NCBI GenBank assembly: GCA_965603825.1 | Contig: CBFDEM010000041.1 | Coordinates: 496,001 to 560,000, forward strand | Direction: 5' to 3' | From: Blepharisma stoltei ATCC 30299 | Taxonomy: Eukaryota; Protista; Ciliophora | DNA: 64,000 nucleotides | Shown: one piece after another, positions 23,859 to 36,274 of the stretch | How positions within the stretch are numbered: position 1 is the stretch's first letter | Layout: every line of letters begins with the position of its first letter | Position numbers and translations under genes: made by a program | The notes under the pieces: generated by a model | The model's input: the letters and a program-made list of their open reading frames with translations, nothing else | The model's database searches: none | Told to the model about the DNA's origin: nothing

Positions 23859-24602
23859 ATGGAAACTGGGCAAATTGTGCCGCATTATGGAGAAACTCCA
23901 AAGCCAAGAGATCATATTAGAATCGTTTGTATTTCAGATACTCACACACAAACGCGAGGCTTACAGATTCCTGCAGGCGATATTTTAGTTCATTCTGGCG
24001 ATTTCTGTAAAAAAGGAGTGTCATCTGAGGTGCAAGAATTTATGCAGTTTCTGCAGAGCCAAAGGCATCAGTATAAAATTGTGGTTTCTGGAAATCATGA
24101 TTACCCACTAGATATAGCTGGATATCGAGCTATTGCTGCAAGAAAAGGATTAAAAGATAGGGTGGATCCATATGCTGTTAAAGCAAACTTAGTATCGAAT
24201 TGCATTTACTTAGAAGATACAGGAGCCCAATTATTTGGATACTCCTTTTGAGGATCTCCATGAACTGCTGAAAGGCATAAAGGATCATTCACTATTCGAG
24301 ATGAACGCGATCTAGGTTTCAAATGATGTGGATTTCCTGATAGAGTCGATATTTTAATTACACACAGTCCTCCATTTAGCCAAAGGGATATTAATTCAGT
24401 AAGAAATGAGCATTGTGGATGCAGATATCTTGCTGATACAGTTAAGAGGATCCATCCAAAAGTTCACATATTTGGCCATATCCATGAAGGCCATGGCTGA
24501 AATATTGAAGGTCACACAACATATATAAATGCTGCAATTTGTAACAGAAGATATTTACCTGTATTTAGACCTATAGTTTTCGATCTCCCTCGCAGGGAGT
24601 AA
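23859..24602 (+). CDS. Metallophosphoesterase (MPPED1/2-like)
   Basis: CISDTH, HSGDF, GNHD, F[W]GSP[W] (both TGA), LITHSPP, HIFGHIHEG, YINAA. Confidence 0.92.
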
Positions 24603-24849
24603 AAATAATTAATGATTTTATAGTTAAGCTTAAGTGCTAAATTCATCTTTTTGATCTGAATTTCATCTTGTGTAATATTTTAAATGGTATATTATTAGAA
24701 GACATACTTTATCAACCTAATTGCTTTTGATCTTAAATTTGATTTATTTTGCTTCATAAATGAAGAGGGTTAGAACACATTAAAAAGAAGATATTTATTA
24801 ATAAATAATAAAACTTTTGCTTATCAAACATTGGCATTTATAATTCATC

Positions 24850-25170
24850 TCTTCAGTTGTATGGGATTTATGCTCCAATATATATGGAATCAAACTTAGC
24901 ATCTCTTGGGCGATCTTATCTGCTTCAATCATAGCCAATACTTTCTAGCTAACTAAGCTTGCTTTAAATTTCCTTGTGCTGCTTCTTTTAATTCAAACTC
25001 AAAAGCTGCTCCCACCGCTATATGTCTTCTTCCATGACATTTTTATAACTTAGACTTTTAAGATTTCTTAGTTCTGGATTAACTCAATTTTCTTGATGAG
25101 TGGCTCTTTCATTATATTGAGCATATCATCATACCTTTCTGCTTGCTGAGCTAATTTGCCATATATATAA
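24850..25170 (-). pseudogene. Degenerate 14-3-3 gene remnant
   Basis: Across frameshifts and stops it reads LIYMA/KLAQQAERYDDML...LRNLKSLSYKNVM...FELKEAAQGN, matching the 14-3-3 N-terminus (MAKLAEQAERYDEM...RNLLSVAYKNV...IEQKE..KGN). Boundaries approximate. Confidence 0.78.
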
Positions 25171-25517
25171 GATCAAATAGTTAAAATTAATTTTAACTTG
25201 GCAAGCAATTAAAAAAATAGTCTGTATATGCAATATTTCTTAGATATCTATTGTATCTGCATTTCACCTTTATATATATTTTTGTAATTCATCCTGACAA
25301 ATATAAGCAATTAATTTATTAAATATTTCTTTTTTAATTATATAGCAGAATCCCTCCTCAATTTAATATAATCTTAATTAATTAGTTCTAGATCAATAAC
25401 TATACAAAAGTGTATGCATGCCCATGCATACTTATCTTAATTTCAGTTGTAATATCTTACGTAATTACAAAATGGTTACGTCATGATATTCATTTTGCAC
25501 ATGTTTATCTAATAAAT

Positions 25518-26297
25518 ATGAGGTATTGGGATCCAATAACTTCAAGCATAGACTGATGCGAAGCTAATTACGAAGTTTCCGAATACATCGTAGAATTCTG
25601 GAACACAGTAACCAGTTTTGCATTAGTTGTAGTTGGAGTATATGGATTATGGGTGCTTAGAAGCTTTGAAAGCCGATTTGTTGAAAATTTGATCGCTTTC
25701 TTTTTCATTGTAGTTGGGGTTGGATCTGCAGCTTTCCACGCTACTTTAAAGTATGAGTACCAGCTATGGGATGAAATTCCGATGTTTTGGGTTATTTCAG
25801 GGGCGATTTATGCCTATATGGTTTTATTCGATTATTGGTGGGAAAAACGAATTTATCTGCAATGGTTCTTTATAATCTATAATATCGTCTGGTATTTTGT
25901 GCACAGTAGCAACGCGTTTACAGTTTTCTTCCAAGCTAACTTTTTTGTGCTTAACACCGTGATGATTGTATTAATGGTAACGTTCATATAGTTCTATTTT
26001 CATCAAAAATACAAGACAAAGTCCTCAACAATGATGATAAGTTTATATATTTTTGCAATACTTTCTGCTTTCTCCTTATGGCTTGTTGATAAACTTATGT
26101 GTGAGCATGTCAGTCAACTTCCTGTAAATCCTCAATTCCACGGCTGGTGGCATGTTTTAGTAGCTTCTAGTGCTCATTATTCCTTGATGTTTGAGCTTGT
26201 AATCCGCCACACAATACAACAAAACAGAATGCTAGAAATCGCAGGTGGACTTTTAAAGTACCCCATAAATAACTCAGAAGACCTGCATTCGCAATAA
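25518..26297 (+). CDS. Alkaline ceramidase (ACER3/YPC1-like), one intron
   Basis: YWDPITSSID[W]CEANY, EFWNT, GSAAFHATL....QLWDEIPM, HGWWH. Confidence 0.92.
25977..25991 (+). other. 15-nt spliceosomal intron
   Basis: gtaacgttcatatag; ends in in-frame TAG; joins the exon carrying HGWWH. Confidence 0.85.
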
Positions 26298-26341
26298 TTA
26301 ATATTTTTTAAACTATTCGTGTTTAATATTAAATAGACCAT

Positions 26342-27529
26342 TTAAAACCCGGAATTTACAAAATGATAGGCTGTGCCATACACGGGATCAAGTATTGACT
26401 TGCACAGCGTTAAGTTCTCTTTAAGTCTGAATATATTGGCACTTAAAGATGGTAAATATTCTTTATTTGGATTGTTGTCAGAATAGCTATTGCTATCTTC
26501 TTCAAAGCTGCCTTCATTCACAATTGCATCAATTTTATGAATTTTATAAAATTGCTTGCTAAAGAGACTAGAAACTCCATAGACTTTTACCACTTCACTT
26601 GCTGCTTTAAAAGCGATTTGAATTTTGCTGAAATTTGCGACTGAAACGCTTTTTCCGAGATTATTGGCTGAATCTAAAGGATCAATAATGTTCATGAGCT
26701 TTAGTTGGGGATAAATGAAACCTTCATTTGTTCCTATTTCGCTTTGGAGATTTTGAAGAAGTACTAATGATAAAATTGGATGCTTTAAAGATTTGTCAAC
26801 TTTATGCTCTGGGTGTTCACAGTTCTGGAGTGCTAAGACATACTTTGAGGCTGACATTGATCCACAGCAAGTTATTATTTCGTTTTCTCAGTCGTGCTCT
26901 GCAAGGACATTAATCATTGTAGTTAGTACGTGTAGCGGTGAAGTCCTGGATTCAGGAAAACAATTAATAATATATAGAACTAAAATTTCCAGTGCATATG
27001 TAGATAATAATCCTTGCATAGAACCTAGCACTCTACTCTCATAGTATGCTCAAACTTTTGCTATAATTATGCATCTTTTAAAGAAGTGATCTGGAAACAA
27101 TCTATCAATTTCTTCCAAAAAACACAAAGTTCTTACTCCTCCCAGTTGGTTAACTGAAATATCAACTGGAATTCCGCAAACCCTCAGTTTGATTAATCTT
27201 ATTTTCGCGTTTATTTCTAGTAAATCGCTAATGCTATACTCAGGATGAAGAATCGAAATATATTCGAACTGCGCTTTGACCCTTTCCAATATAAATTCAG
27301 TAATATTCACTCCTTGGTATTCTGGAACTACAACGGTCAAATCGATGTCACCTTCAGGCAAAAAGGTTTTGAGAGGTAGAGATCCATATTCAGCTATTGT
27401 CACATAGATTCCTTTCAGAGCACAAAATATCGTTTTCTTTATGATCTTCAGCGCTGCAATTCTTATCGCTAATCGTTCCTTGTTCGGGGCATATTGGTTC
27501 AGAAGCTGTAACTCTAATTCATCAGTCAT
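26342..27529 (-). CDS. Pol-beta-family nucleotidyltransferase with PAP/OAS1 substrate-binding domain
   Basis: YGSLPLKTFLPEGDIDL, VDISVNQLGG, K.[W]AYYESRVLG..QGLLSTYALE, NIIDPL...NNLGKSVS. Confidence 0.88.
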
Positions 27530-28253
27530 TTTTAATTAGTAAAAATTTAACGATTTATTTTATAGGAGGTTTATCAAAGCATCAGAATGTAGAGATTTAT
27601 TAGAAGAAAAAGGTTTTGAGTTAAAATATCAGAAACAATTCTTGCAATCAAAAGATTATTTTTTATGTGTTATAGTTGGAAGTATTTAAGATTAAAATAA
27701 AAATTCATTGATTTGTAGGAATAAAGTTAATGCTTAAGGAGAAATTGATCACAGAGAGGAGAGTTAGGATGATTTATCATGAGTCAAAATGTTGTAATTA
27801 AATATGAATAAATATTAGCATGAGATTGATATAAGGCACTAATTTCTCATTTTTATATCGCATAGGCTTGGTAAATTTTCTATATATATCAAAGTATTTC
27901 GAAAAGTTGAGGCAAAACTAATGAGGAATATCGAATAGACTCTTCTTATATATGCATTCGCAAAAAGATAAAGAAAAATAGAGAAATTAAATAAAATCAA
28001 GGATTCTTGTATTTATATCAGATGAATTCACAAATTTGTTTTAGAATTCAATGAGCTTGAAGAACATCTAATATTAAATTAAAATTTAGATTGTTTTGAT
28101 AATATATTTTAATAAATATTGCTTAACTTCCAATGCTTATCAATTTTACTTCTTTAAATGAGTTTTATTAACCAATTTTCTATTAATTTTGATCAATTCA
28201 ACTCAAAGTATCATTGAATTGAAATTCTTGTCTTCAAATTTTTATATAAATAT

Positions 28254-31200
28254 ATGAAACATTTATATGTTTTCTTCATCATTCTAGCCCATGTGCAGTC
28301 GAGTAAATTTAATTTAGGCTCCTTCACAGCATTTGAAGTCACGTGCAAGAACTATCAAATAAGACAAGTAACAGATAACTATATGAGTGTTAAACCATAT
28401 ACTACTCTTCCTTCAGGCTCTCAATTTAAAGTTATATATCCTTCAGCTTTCACAAATTTACCTTCAGGCACTGTATCTTGCTCTTTTACAGGGATAACTG
28501 GCGGCCAATGCCAATTTTCAGGCAATACCTTGTATATTACCAATTTCACACCATCAAATTCTCCAACATTAACTTTTACCATTTCAAGTATCACAAACCC
28601 TACTTATGCAGGAATTACAGGAACTTTTCAGATTTATTCATTAAAATCAGATGGAACGATCCTTGACAGCACAACTTCAGGAGTTACACTAAATTTTACT
28701 CCCTTGAGCATGGGATCTGTTACTCTCTCCACTGAAAACCAAATAGTAGCAAGCCCTTGCAAGTGAACTTTTGATGCGACCATAAACAACAGTGTTGGCA
28801 GTAATGGCGCATTTGTAGTAAGCTTTCCAAGCTGAAATTCACAGCTAGGAGCAGCTGATACAGAAATTAGGTATTTCTGTGATGGAACGGTGACATGCAC
28901 AGGAGTTACAAGTAATTTTTAATTAGATCTGCCTTCATCACTTCCGTGCACGTGCTCAAAAGGCATAGCTACAATAACTTTGTCATCCGGTTTATCTGCT
29001 TCAAGGGTTGTTTTTACAATTTCACCAATTTTAAATCCTCCGAGCACTGACGTTTTTACAGGGATTATCGTTTCAACTTCATATAGTGGTGGACTAATTG
29101 AACAAAGCTCCAGTTTATCTGTTCAAATGACTAAATCAACGACTTTAGAAATCTATTCTATGTGAATTGATGACGAAAAAGTTGGTGCTCAAGCAATTTA
29201 TTATTTCTACACCAATTGCTCTGCACCTGTCATATCGACTTACAATATGCAAATTACTTTTCCGACTGGAGAAATTACAGCAACGACAGGCGTAACAACT
29301 GTAGAAGGTGTTATATGGGTTAACCGTAATAATCTCGTATATACGATTTCAAATGATGTTTTGACTCTAACAGGGCCTTTTACTCAATACATTGACTGAT
29401 ATAAGTCTATTGAATTTCAAGTATTGAGCTTATCAAACCCGCCATCCACAAAGCCAACTCAACAAATTCAGATTAAAATAAGTACATCAAACGGAGGAAC
29501 TGTTTGTTCAACAACATCAACAACTGGATATAGTATGACTGCGACTCCTTCGACGATTTCAAGCATATCAATTACACCATCAGACAAGACAATTGATGCA
29601 TCAACATCATATGCTTTTTCGTTCACTCCCGTCGTCTCCATTCTTTCCGGGAGTGTAATTACAATAACAGTGCCATCGCAAGTCTCAATCAGTGACAAAT
29701 CAGCAAGCTTTATTAGTTCTATCACTTCTGGACTAGACTCAAATGCCCAATATTCAGTAGCTTCAAATGCAATTACGATTTCAAGTGGATTTCCAAGTCA
29801 ACTAGCAGCCTCAAGCGTAATTTCTTTTTCTCTCTCAGATCTGACAAATCCACCGACAACAGCTACCTCATCAGTATTTACAATTACTATTTATTCAGAT
29901 TCAACTTTAGATTACTCAGAAGTTAATGATCAATCTGCAACAGTCACAGCTACATCTGGATCCCTTCAATCAGTTACTGTGACTCCTTCTTCTTATACAA
30001 CAGGTGATTCATCTACATCGTACACATTCCTCATTACTACTGGCCATAAAATTGTTGCTGGCGGTCAAGTTCTTATAAGTTTTCCATCAGATGTCTCTAT
30101 AGTGTTTTCAACCGCTACCTGCTCTAATCCTATTGGATTTAGTTCAGGCTACTCGTGTTCATTTACCTCATCAAGTGTCACTATAACTTATGGATTTCCA
30201 AGCGATTTTCCTCAAGGACAAATCGGGATAACTGTTTCAAGCATAACAAATCCTGGGACTACCAAGCCTACAAACACTTTTAGTGTAACTTCAAGCTACC
30301 AAGGATCCTTAATAGACACACTTACAAGCGGAATAACAATTGCTATGACCCAAGCACATTTATTAACGAGTGCTTCTTTTACCCTTGGAAGCACCACTGT
30401 GGGAGCTACTGCAGACTTAAAAGTTGCTATATCCCCTTATAACTCAATGGCCTCTGGGTCCTATGCTCTAATTACTCCGCCTTCCCAAATTGAATTTCCT
30501 TCATCTCCTACATGTGTATCTCAATCATCAAATCTGCAAAGCGTTTCTTGCAGCATCTCTGGAAGTGCTTTAAAAGCAGCTTTTACCTTAGCTTCAACTT
30601 CTACTTCAGAAATTGATTTTTCAATTAAAAACGTAGTTGGTCCACCGTCTACAAAGCCAACAGATACTTTTAGTATTTTTACTTATATATCAGGATATTC
30701 TATTGACTATATCAGCTCAGGGGTTTTTGTGAGTGCAAGCACTCCTGCAACTATGGTAGCTAGTGTAACTCCAACAAACACTGGAATAGCTCAGACAACT
30801 TCTTATACCTTTACGCTGAATACACTTCATACTGTAGCAAGTGGAGGATATGTGATCATTGTTTTTCCCTCTCAGGTGTCGTATTCAGGTATTACATGCA
30901 CTTATAACTCTCAGGCGGTAAGTTGTGAAGATAAAGGGAGCAATACTATATGGGTAAGTCCATTTGCAAGTGATTTTACTGCAGGAAAACTGACTTTCAT
31001 TGTAAATAATGTAGAAAATTATTCTCAGCCAGGAACTTCTGGGGCTTTTCAAATAACAACAATGACTTCTGATAACTATAAAATTGATTATAGTGGCTCT
31101 GCAGCAGTCACGTTCACCTGTGCGTTGCCTAAATACTCATATCAAAACAATTGCGTTGATAACTGTCCTGATGGAACTTATGCTAATGGCTCTGAATGTT

Positions 31201-34200
31201 CTAGCTGTGCAACTGGATGTGCTACTTGCTCTGGATCCTCAACTAATTGTTTGACGTGCTCACAAGGATATTACTTTTACCAAAATACTTGCGTCGACAC
31301 ATGTCCATCTGATATCACAATTGTGAGTGGAAGTAATTGCATAAGCTGTCAATCCCCTTGCAAAACTTGTTCTGATTCTATCACACATTGCAATTCATGC
31401 ACATCAGGGTATTATCTCTATAAAAATGCTTGCACCAAAACTTGCCCAACTGAAACTACTGTCATCGTTGGGAGTTCTTGTGTTGATTGTCAGTCGCCAT
31501 GCTCAACATGCTCTTTATCTATTACAAACTGCACTTCATGCACAACAAAATACTATCTTCACCAAAATAGCTGTTTAGATTCCTGCCCAAAAGAAACTAC
31601 AATCACCAATGGAACTGACTGTTTAGACTGCGAATCTCCTTGCTCAACCTGTTCAGAATCCATCACAAACTGCACGCTTTGCATTTCAGGATACTATTAT
31701 TATAAAAATACTTGCTTACAAACTTGTCCGACGAGCACTACAGTCCCAAGTGGAACCTCTTGTGTGGATTGTCAGTCTCCCTGCAGTACCTGCAGCTCTT
31801 CAATCACTTCTTGTACTTCTTGTATATCAGGCATGAATTTATATGGAAACCAATGTGTATCTACATGCCCAGATGGATATACTTCTATAAGCAGCATTTG
31901 TCAGCAATGCTCAACTAAGTGTAAAACATGCTCACAAACAATAGACACATGCACAAGCTGCTATTCTGGGGATCATTTAGATAATATTACATGCAGCCCA
32001 GACTATAGCACTACTTTATTATTAGATACAGTCCCATTTCCTGTTAGTACAAGTGGGACTGTTCTTTCAGGAATCAGTGCAGCTTCTAAAGTGCTTTTTC
32101 CATCTACTGGAATGACCTCAGGCACTCTTGCTATGTGAGGAGTAATTGAGCCAATCAGCTGAATTGGTGTAATAGGTGGCCTTAGTTCTTCAACGTCAAC
32201 TCATGGTAGAACTCTATTAGCAACTGATGAATTTCCTATATATGTCCCTTTTATTTTGCTTTTATCGTTTTTAGTGCTGCATGTTCTATTAAATTTGATT
32301 TTTTGTGTGATTTATTACCACAAAATTTTTAAAAAAGACGATGACCATAGAAATTGGCTTAGCCTTAACAGAATAGCAAAAATGGTTATTGTACCGCTTG
32401 CAGTGGTTTTTTCATTTAAATTCATTAGGATGCTTGATGTAAAGCTATTTAACTTGAAGTGCTTTACAGCAGAGTTTACTACAAAAGCAGCTTTTTATAA
32501 ACCACTTATATTATTTTCTTACGTAAGCTTACTGAGTGTTAATATTCCAGTTATTGGAACTTTATGCTACATTTTAATAGAATTTTCTACCGGGAACATT
32601 GTATATGTGCTTGCCCTTGATTCCTTAATATTCAATATTCTTGTGTTTATGATTACCATAATTGACATTTTCATGATGAATATGGAGCTCAACAAAGAAT
32701 TGAAGGTAATGAAAGATAGTCAAATGGCAACTGATAATAATTTTACTATAAATACAATGAGGGATGCATTTGCAGAAACTATGGAAGATCTAACATTAAC
32801 CAATTTTGCAAGTATTAAGATAAAAAATGCAGAATTAGAAAATATGGGAGATCTAGAGTATACTCAATTAGGAGGTATAATGATAAAAAATGCAAGTACA
32901 GAAGCCATGGCAAGAAATGCAAGCGCAGAAACTATGGTAAAAAATGCAAGTGCAGAAACTCTAGATGATATCATTTATGCTGAAGAAGCTAGCTTCAAGG
33001 TAAACTACGAGGATATGACTTCAGCAGAAAATTTGAATGAAAATGAAATTTTCATAGGCTACGGATCAGGTGCACAAGTTTGGACCATGAGTTTTCAACA
33101 TGAGTCTGAAACTAATGTTGGGCTTATCCCATTGCCTCCTGTAAAACCTGTATATCGTCCTCCACCTCCTAATATTCTCGAAACCATCCCTGAAGAAAGC
33201 GTTTTAGATCTCACGCTTTCAGAAATGGACATAGATGATAAAAGCATCATCAAAGTACCTCACATTCCTTCAGGAAAAAATATTAAAGTAAGGAAGTCTT
33301 TTGATGGGGCTGAAATCTTAGATTTAGAATCCATTGATGAAAATCCTCAGCTGGTTGACCAAAACCTGTATTCAATTGAGCGGGTAAACCCAAATGATGC
33401 AAGATTTGGGACTTTAAAAGAAATAGGCTCAAATAAGCTGATAACTGCTAAAAGAAACTTCGCAGGGGCAACAGTTGTTGACGTAGAAACTGAGGATGGA
33501 AAATGGCTTATTGGAAAACACGTCAGCAAAGAAGAAGATTTTGATTTCGCAAATGCAATTGAGGACCCTAAAAACCCAGAAGCTGTATTAGTCACCCATA
33601 AAAGAACTGGAGTGAAGTGCAGAGTTAAAAAAGGCTTCAAAGGACTGCCAAGACTTGATAAGAAAACAAATCTGCCTTTATTCAGAGAAAAAATAATTGA
33701 CACCTATGACATTGATTCAGTTTTTGTAGACCCTAAGAATTCTCATTACGCAAATCTAGTTTCTGATGGAAAAGAAATCAGGGCTAGGCGAAATTTTATA
33801 GGAGGAAACATTCTAGACGTCCTCACAGATGAAGAATTCGAAGCGTTAAAAGCAGAAATGGCTGAAAAAAATGCTAACCGAAAAAGAGAAAAAAAAGAAA
33901 AAGAACTGGCCAAGCAGCAGGAATATGAAGCAAGAATTAAAGAAGAGCAGGATAGAGAAAAAGAAAGAAAAGCTAAATGGCTTGAAAAGAAAGCAAAAGC
34001 AGAGCAAAAAGCTAAAGAAGAGGAAGAAGCGAGACTAGCTGAATTGCAAAAAGAAGAAAACGAAGTTATGATGTATGAAATACCAAATTTAGAGCAAAAT
34101 GTGGATACTCAGGCTAATACGGATACCCAGGCTTTTGTGTTTAATAAAGATGGATATGAAGAAGAGCCTCCAGCATTTACCACACCACAGAGCAAGATGT

Positions 34201-34490
34201 TTACAGAAACCTTTTTAAGCAATTCTTCGAAAAAAGCTGTCACTCCTGAAGGGATTTCAAGTTTAGAAGCAATTTATTTGCAGAGGCTTGAACCTGCAAA
34301 AAATAAAAATATTTCAAGACCGAAAAAGAAAGGGAAAAAGCTGAGACACTTCAGCCCATTCATGAACCCAACGACTGAAGATAGCTTGCTAAATCAAATA
34401 GAAGATTCAGTTTTGAACCAATTAAATATAGGGCAAGGCCCAGCTGATTTAGATTTTGAGTTGATAAGGAGAAAGACTGATAATGTTTAA
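28254..34490 (+). CDS. Large (2073 aa) membrane protein: signal peptide, Ser/Thr-rich beta repeats, furin-like CXXC repeats, several TM helices, cytoplasmic tail; one intron
   Basis: Four ORF pieces lie in one frame, joined by TGA codons and a 15-nt intron. Recurring I.NPP.T units, C.SPC.TCS.SIT.C.SC repeats and hydrophobic segments at about 32050-32670. Confidence 0.85.
28912..28926 (+). other. 15-nt spliceosomal intron
   Basis: gtaatttttaattag; contains in-frame TAA. Confidence 0.85.
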
Positions 34491-34570
34491 TTTAAAATCA
34501 TTAATCGAATTTCTTATTTAAATTATTTATAAGCCATTTTGATGAGAAAAAAATTATAAAATACTCTTAA

Positions 34571-35153
34571 TTATACGATAAAGAATTCTTGTGAATTATA
34601 ATTGTATTCAGTTAAATTATTAACTGAAACTATCTTTTTGCATACAGGACACGAAGGTTTGGTCTCAAGTCAAGTATCTACACACTCGGAGTGAAATTTA
34701 TGAGGACATTTTAAAACAGTGATAATCTGTCCTTTCGTTATATCATTCATACAAATTGAGCAAAAGCCTTCCTCTTCAGCTTCTAGATGAAGCAACTCTC
34801 CAGTTATGTCTTGTGATTGCATAGTATAATTTGTATTCTGAATGTTGGTTTCATTTAGCTGCTCAATATATCTCTCTACTGAATTCTGAATGACAAGGTC
34901 CAAAACCATCAGCTGCTGCTCTTCGTATGACATTCTCCGAGCTAAAAAATAAATTCTAAGAAGAATCATAAAAAAGGTTGCAGAAATTCACCCAATCAGT
35001 AAAAGGGTTTGAGACCTCAAATTATTTGAAACTAACAGCAGCTTGATAAAAATCAGGGCTATGGTGAGACAGCAGAACTAGAATAAAGCTTACTAAAAAT
35101 AATTTTGTTGATAGGTAATATGTAAAGTACTTCAATTTTGAAAGCAAACTCAT
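34571..35153 (-). CDS. Transmembrane RING-H2 E3 ligase-like protein, one 16-nt intron
   Basis: CSICM...LKCPHKFHSECVDT[W]LETKPSCPVCK; hydrophobic N-terminus is reached after removing 35078-35093. Confidence 0.82.
35078..35093 (-). other. 16-nt spliceosomal intron
   Basis: gtaagctttattctag; removal puts ATG 35153 in frame with the RING domain. Confidence 0.75.
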
Positions 35154-35388
35154 TTTAATAAAATTTATTTAATTCAAAAAAATAAGCGAAATTATCATAA
35201 ATTGGATGGAGATTGACTTAATTTGCTTACTGCCATATGACATATATATCAATTCATGCCGACTTATTATTTATTATATCAATCAGAAAAATCATAAGCA
35301 CACTCAAATTGCTTTTGATTATTAGGAATTAATACTGCTATTTAAATTAAAATATTTATTTGTATATTGTGTAAAACTCTCCTTTAAA

Positions 35389-36162
35389 TTACTCTTCATT
35401 ATTTTCATCAAAAACATTTTTTTTTATCCTAAGCACTCTATACATATAATTTAAAGGCTTCTCATGAAGCCTCCAGTATGAATAAGCTCCATCTTCCATT
35501 TTCTCCATAAAATAGACCCTTTCAAACCTCGAATGAACTAAAGCCATTCCACACATCAAACAAGGCTCAACCTTGGTGATGAGATAGTGATCATTACAAT
35601 AATATTGATTATCAGAAATAGGAAAATTATTAATTGCATCCATAATTGGATGCTGCAAAGGCAAGTCTCCTTTTTTCCCATAGCAGATTTCTTCGGTTTT
35701 CGGGTTATAAATAGCAGCTGAGTCATGGTCTAAGCTCTTCATAATTTCAAAAATTTTTTTCATTTCTTCTTTTATTTGGATTATTGGAAGGATGCTTGGT
35801 TCTTTATAAGAAATAGGCCAAAATGAGTTTCAGATCTTTAATTGTTCACGGGTATAAGCAGGAAATTGAGGAACTTCTTTTTCTATTATTCGATCACAAT
35901 CATTGCAGCCATCTCCAAGGGTTTTGAGCTCTTCAGCTTCTTCATCTGTGATTAGATTTGAAGGTCCTATTACTAATTCAAGCTGATGGCCGCATGTGTG
36001 TTTTTTTGCTCTTTTTAGATGATTGAGAGAGTATTGCTCTAATGGGAACTTTTTGCCCATCATTTTGATAGTTTCTGTGCCTTTTTGTGCATCGATGATT
36101 AGGATTTTGCATAAAGTATTTGTTGGTTTTGTACTTGTGCAATATGGGAGATATTCCTTCAT
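35389..36162 (-). CDS. TAD3: tRNA adenosine-34 deaminase subunit Tad3/ADAT3
   Basis: L.HLKR, VP..PA.TREQ...[W]NSFWP, PLQHPIM (no catalytic Glu), EPCLMCGMALVHSR. Confidence 0.88.
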
Positions 36163-36274
36163 CTTAATATATTTTAATCAAAATTGTAATAATTATCCAG
36201 CAGAAAATATATAATATTTAAGCGAATATTTAATTTTAGGAAATATTCAATAGAATTTCATAATTATATAAATT

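Noticed and set aside
22705-25991. In-frame TAG/TAA as sense codons (Condylostoma- or Tetrahymena-type code)
   Set aside because: Each lies within a 15-nt GT..AG segment with A10 whose removal restores the protein; Gln is encoded by CAA/CAG.
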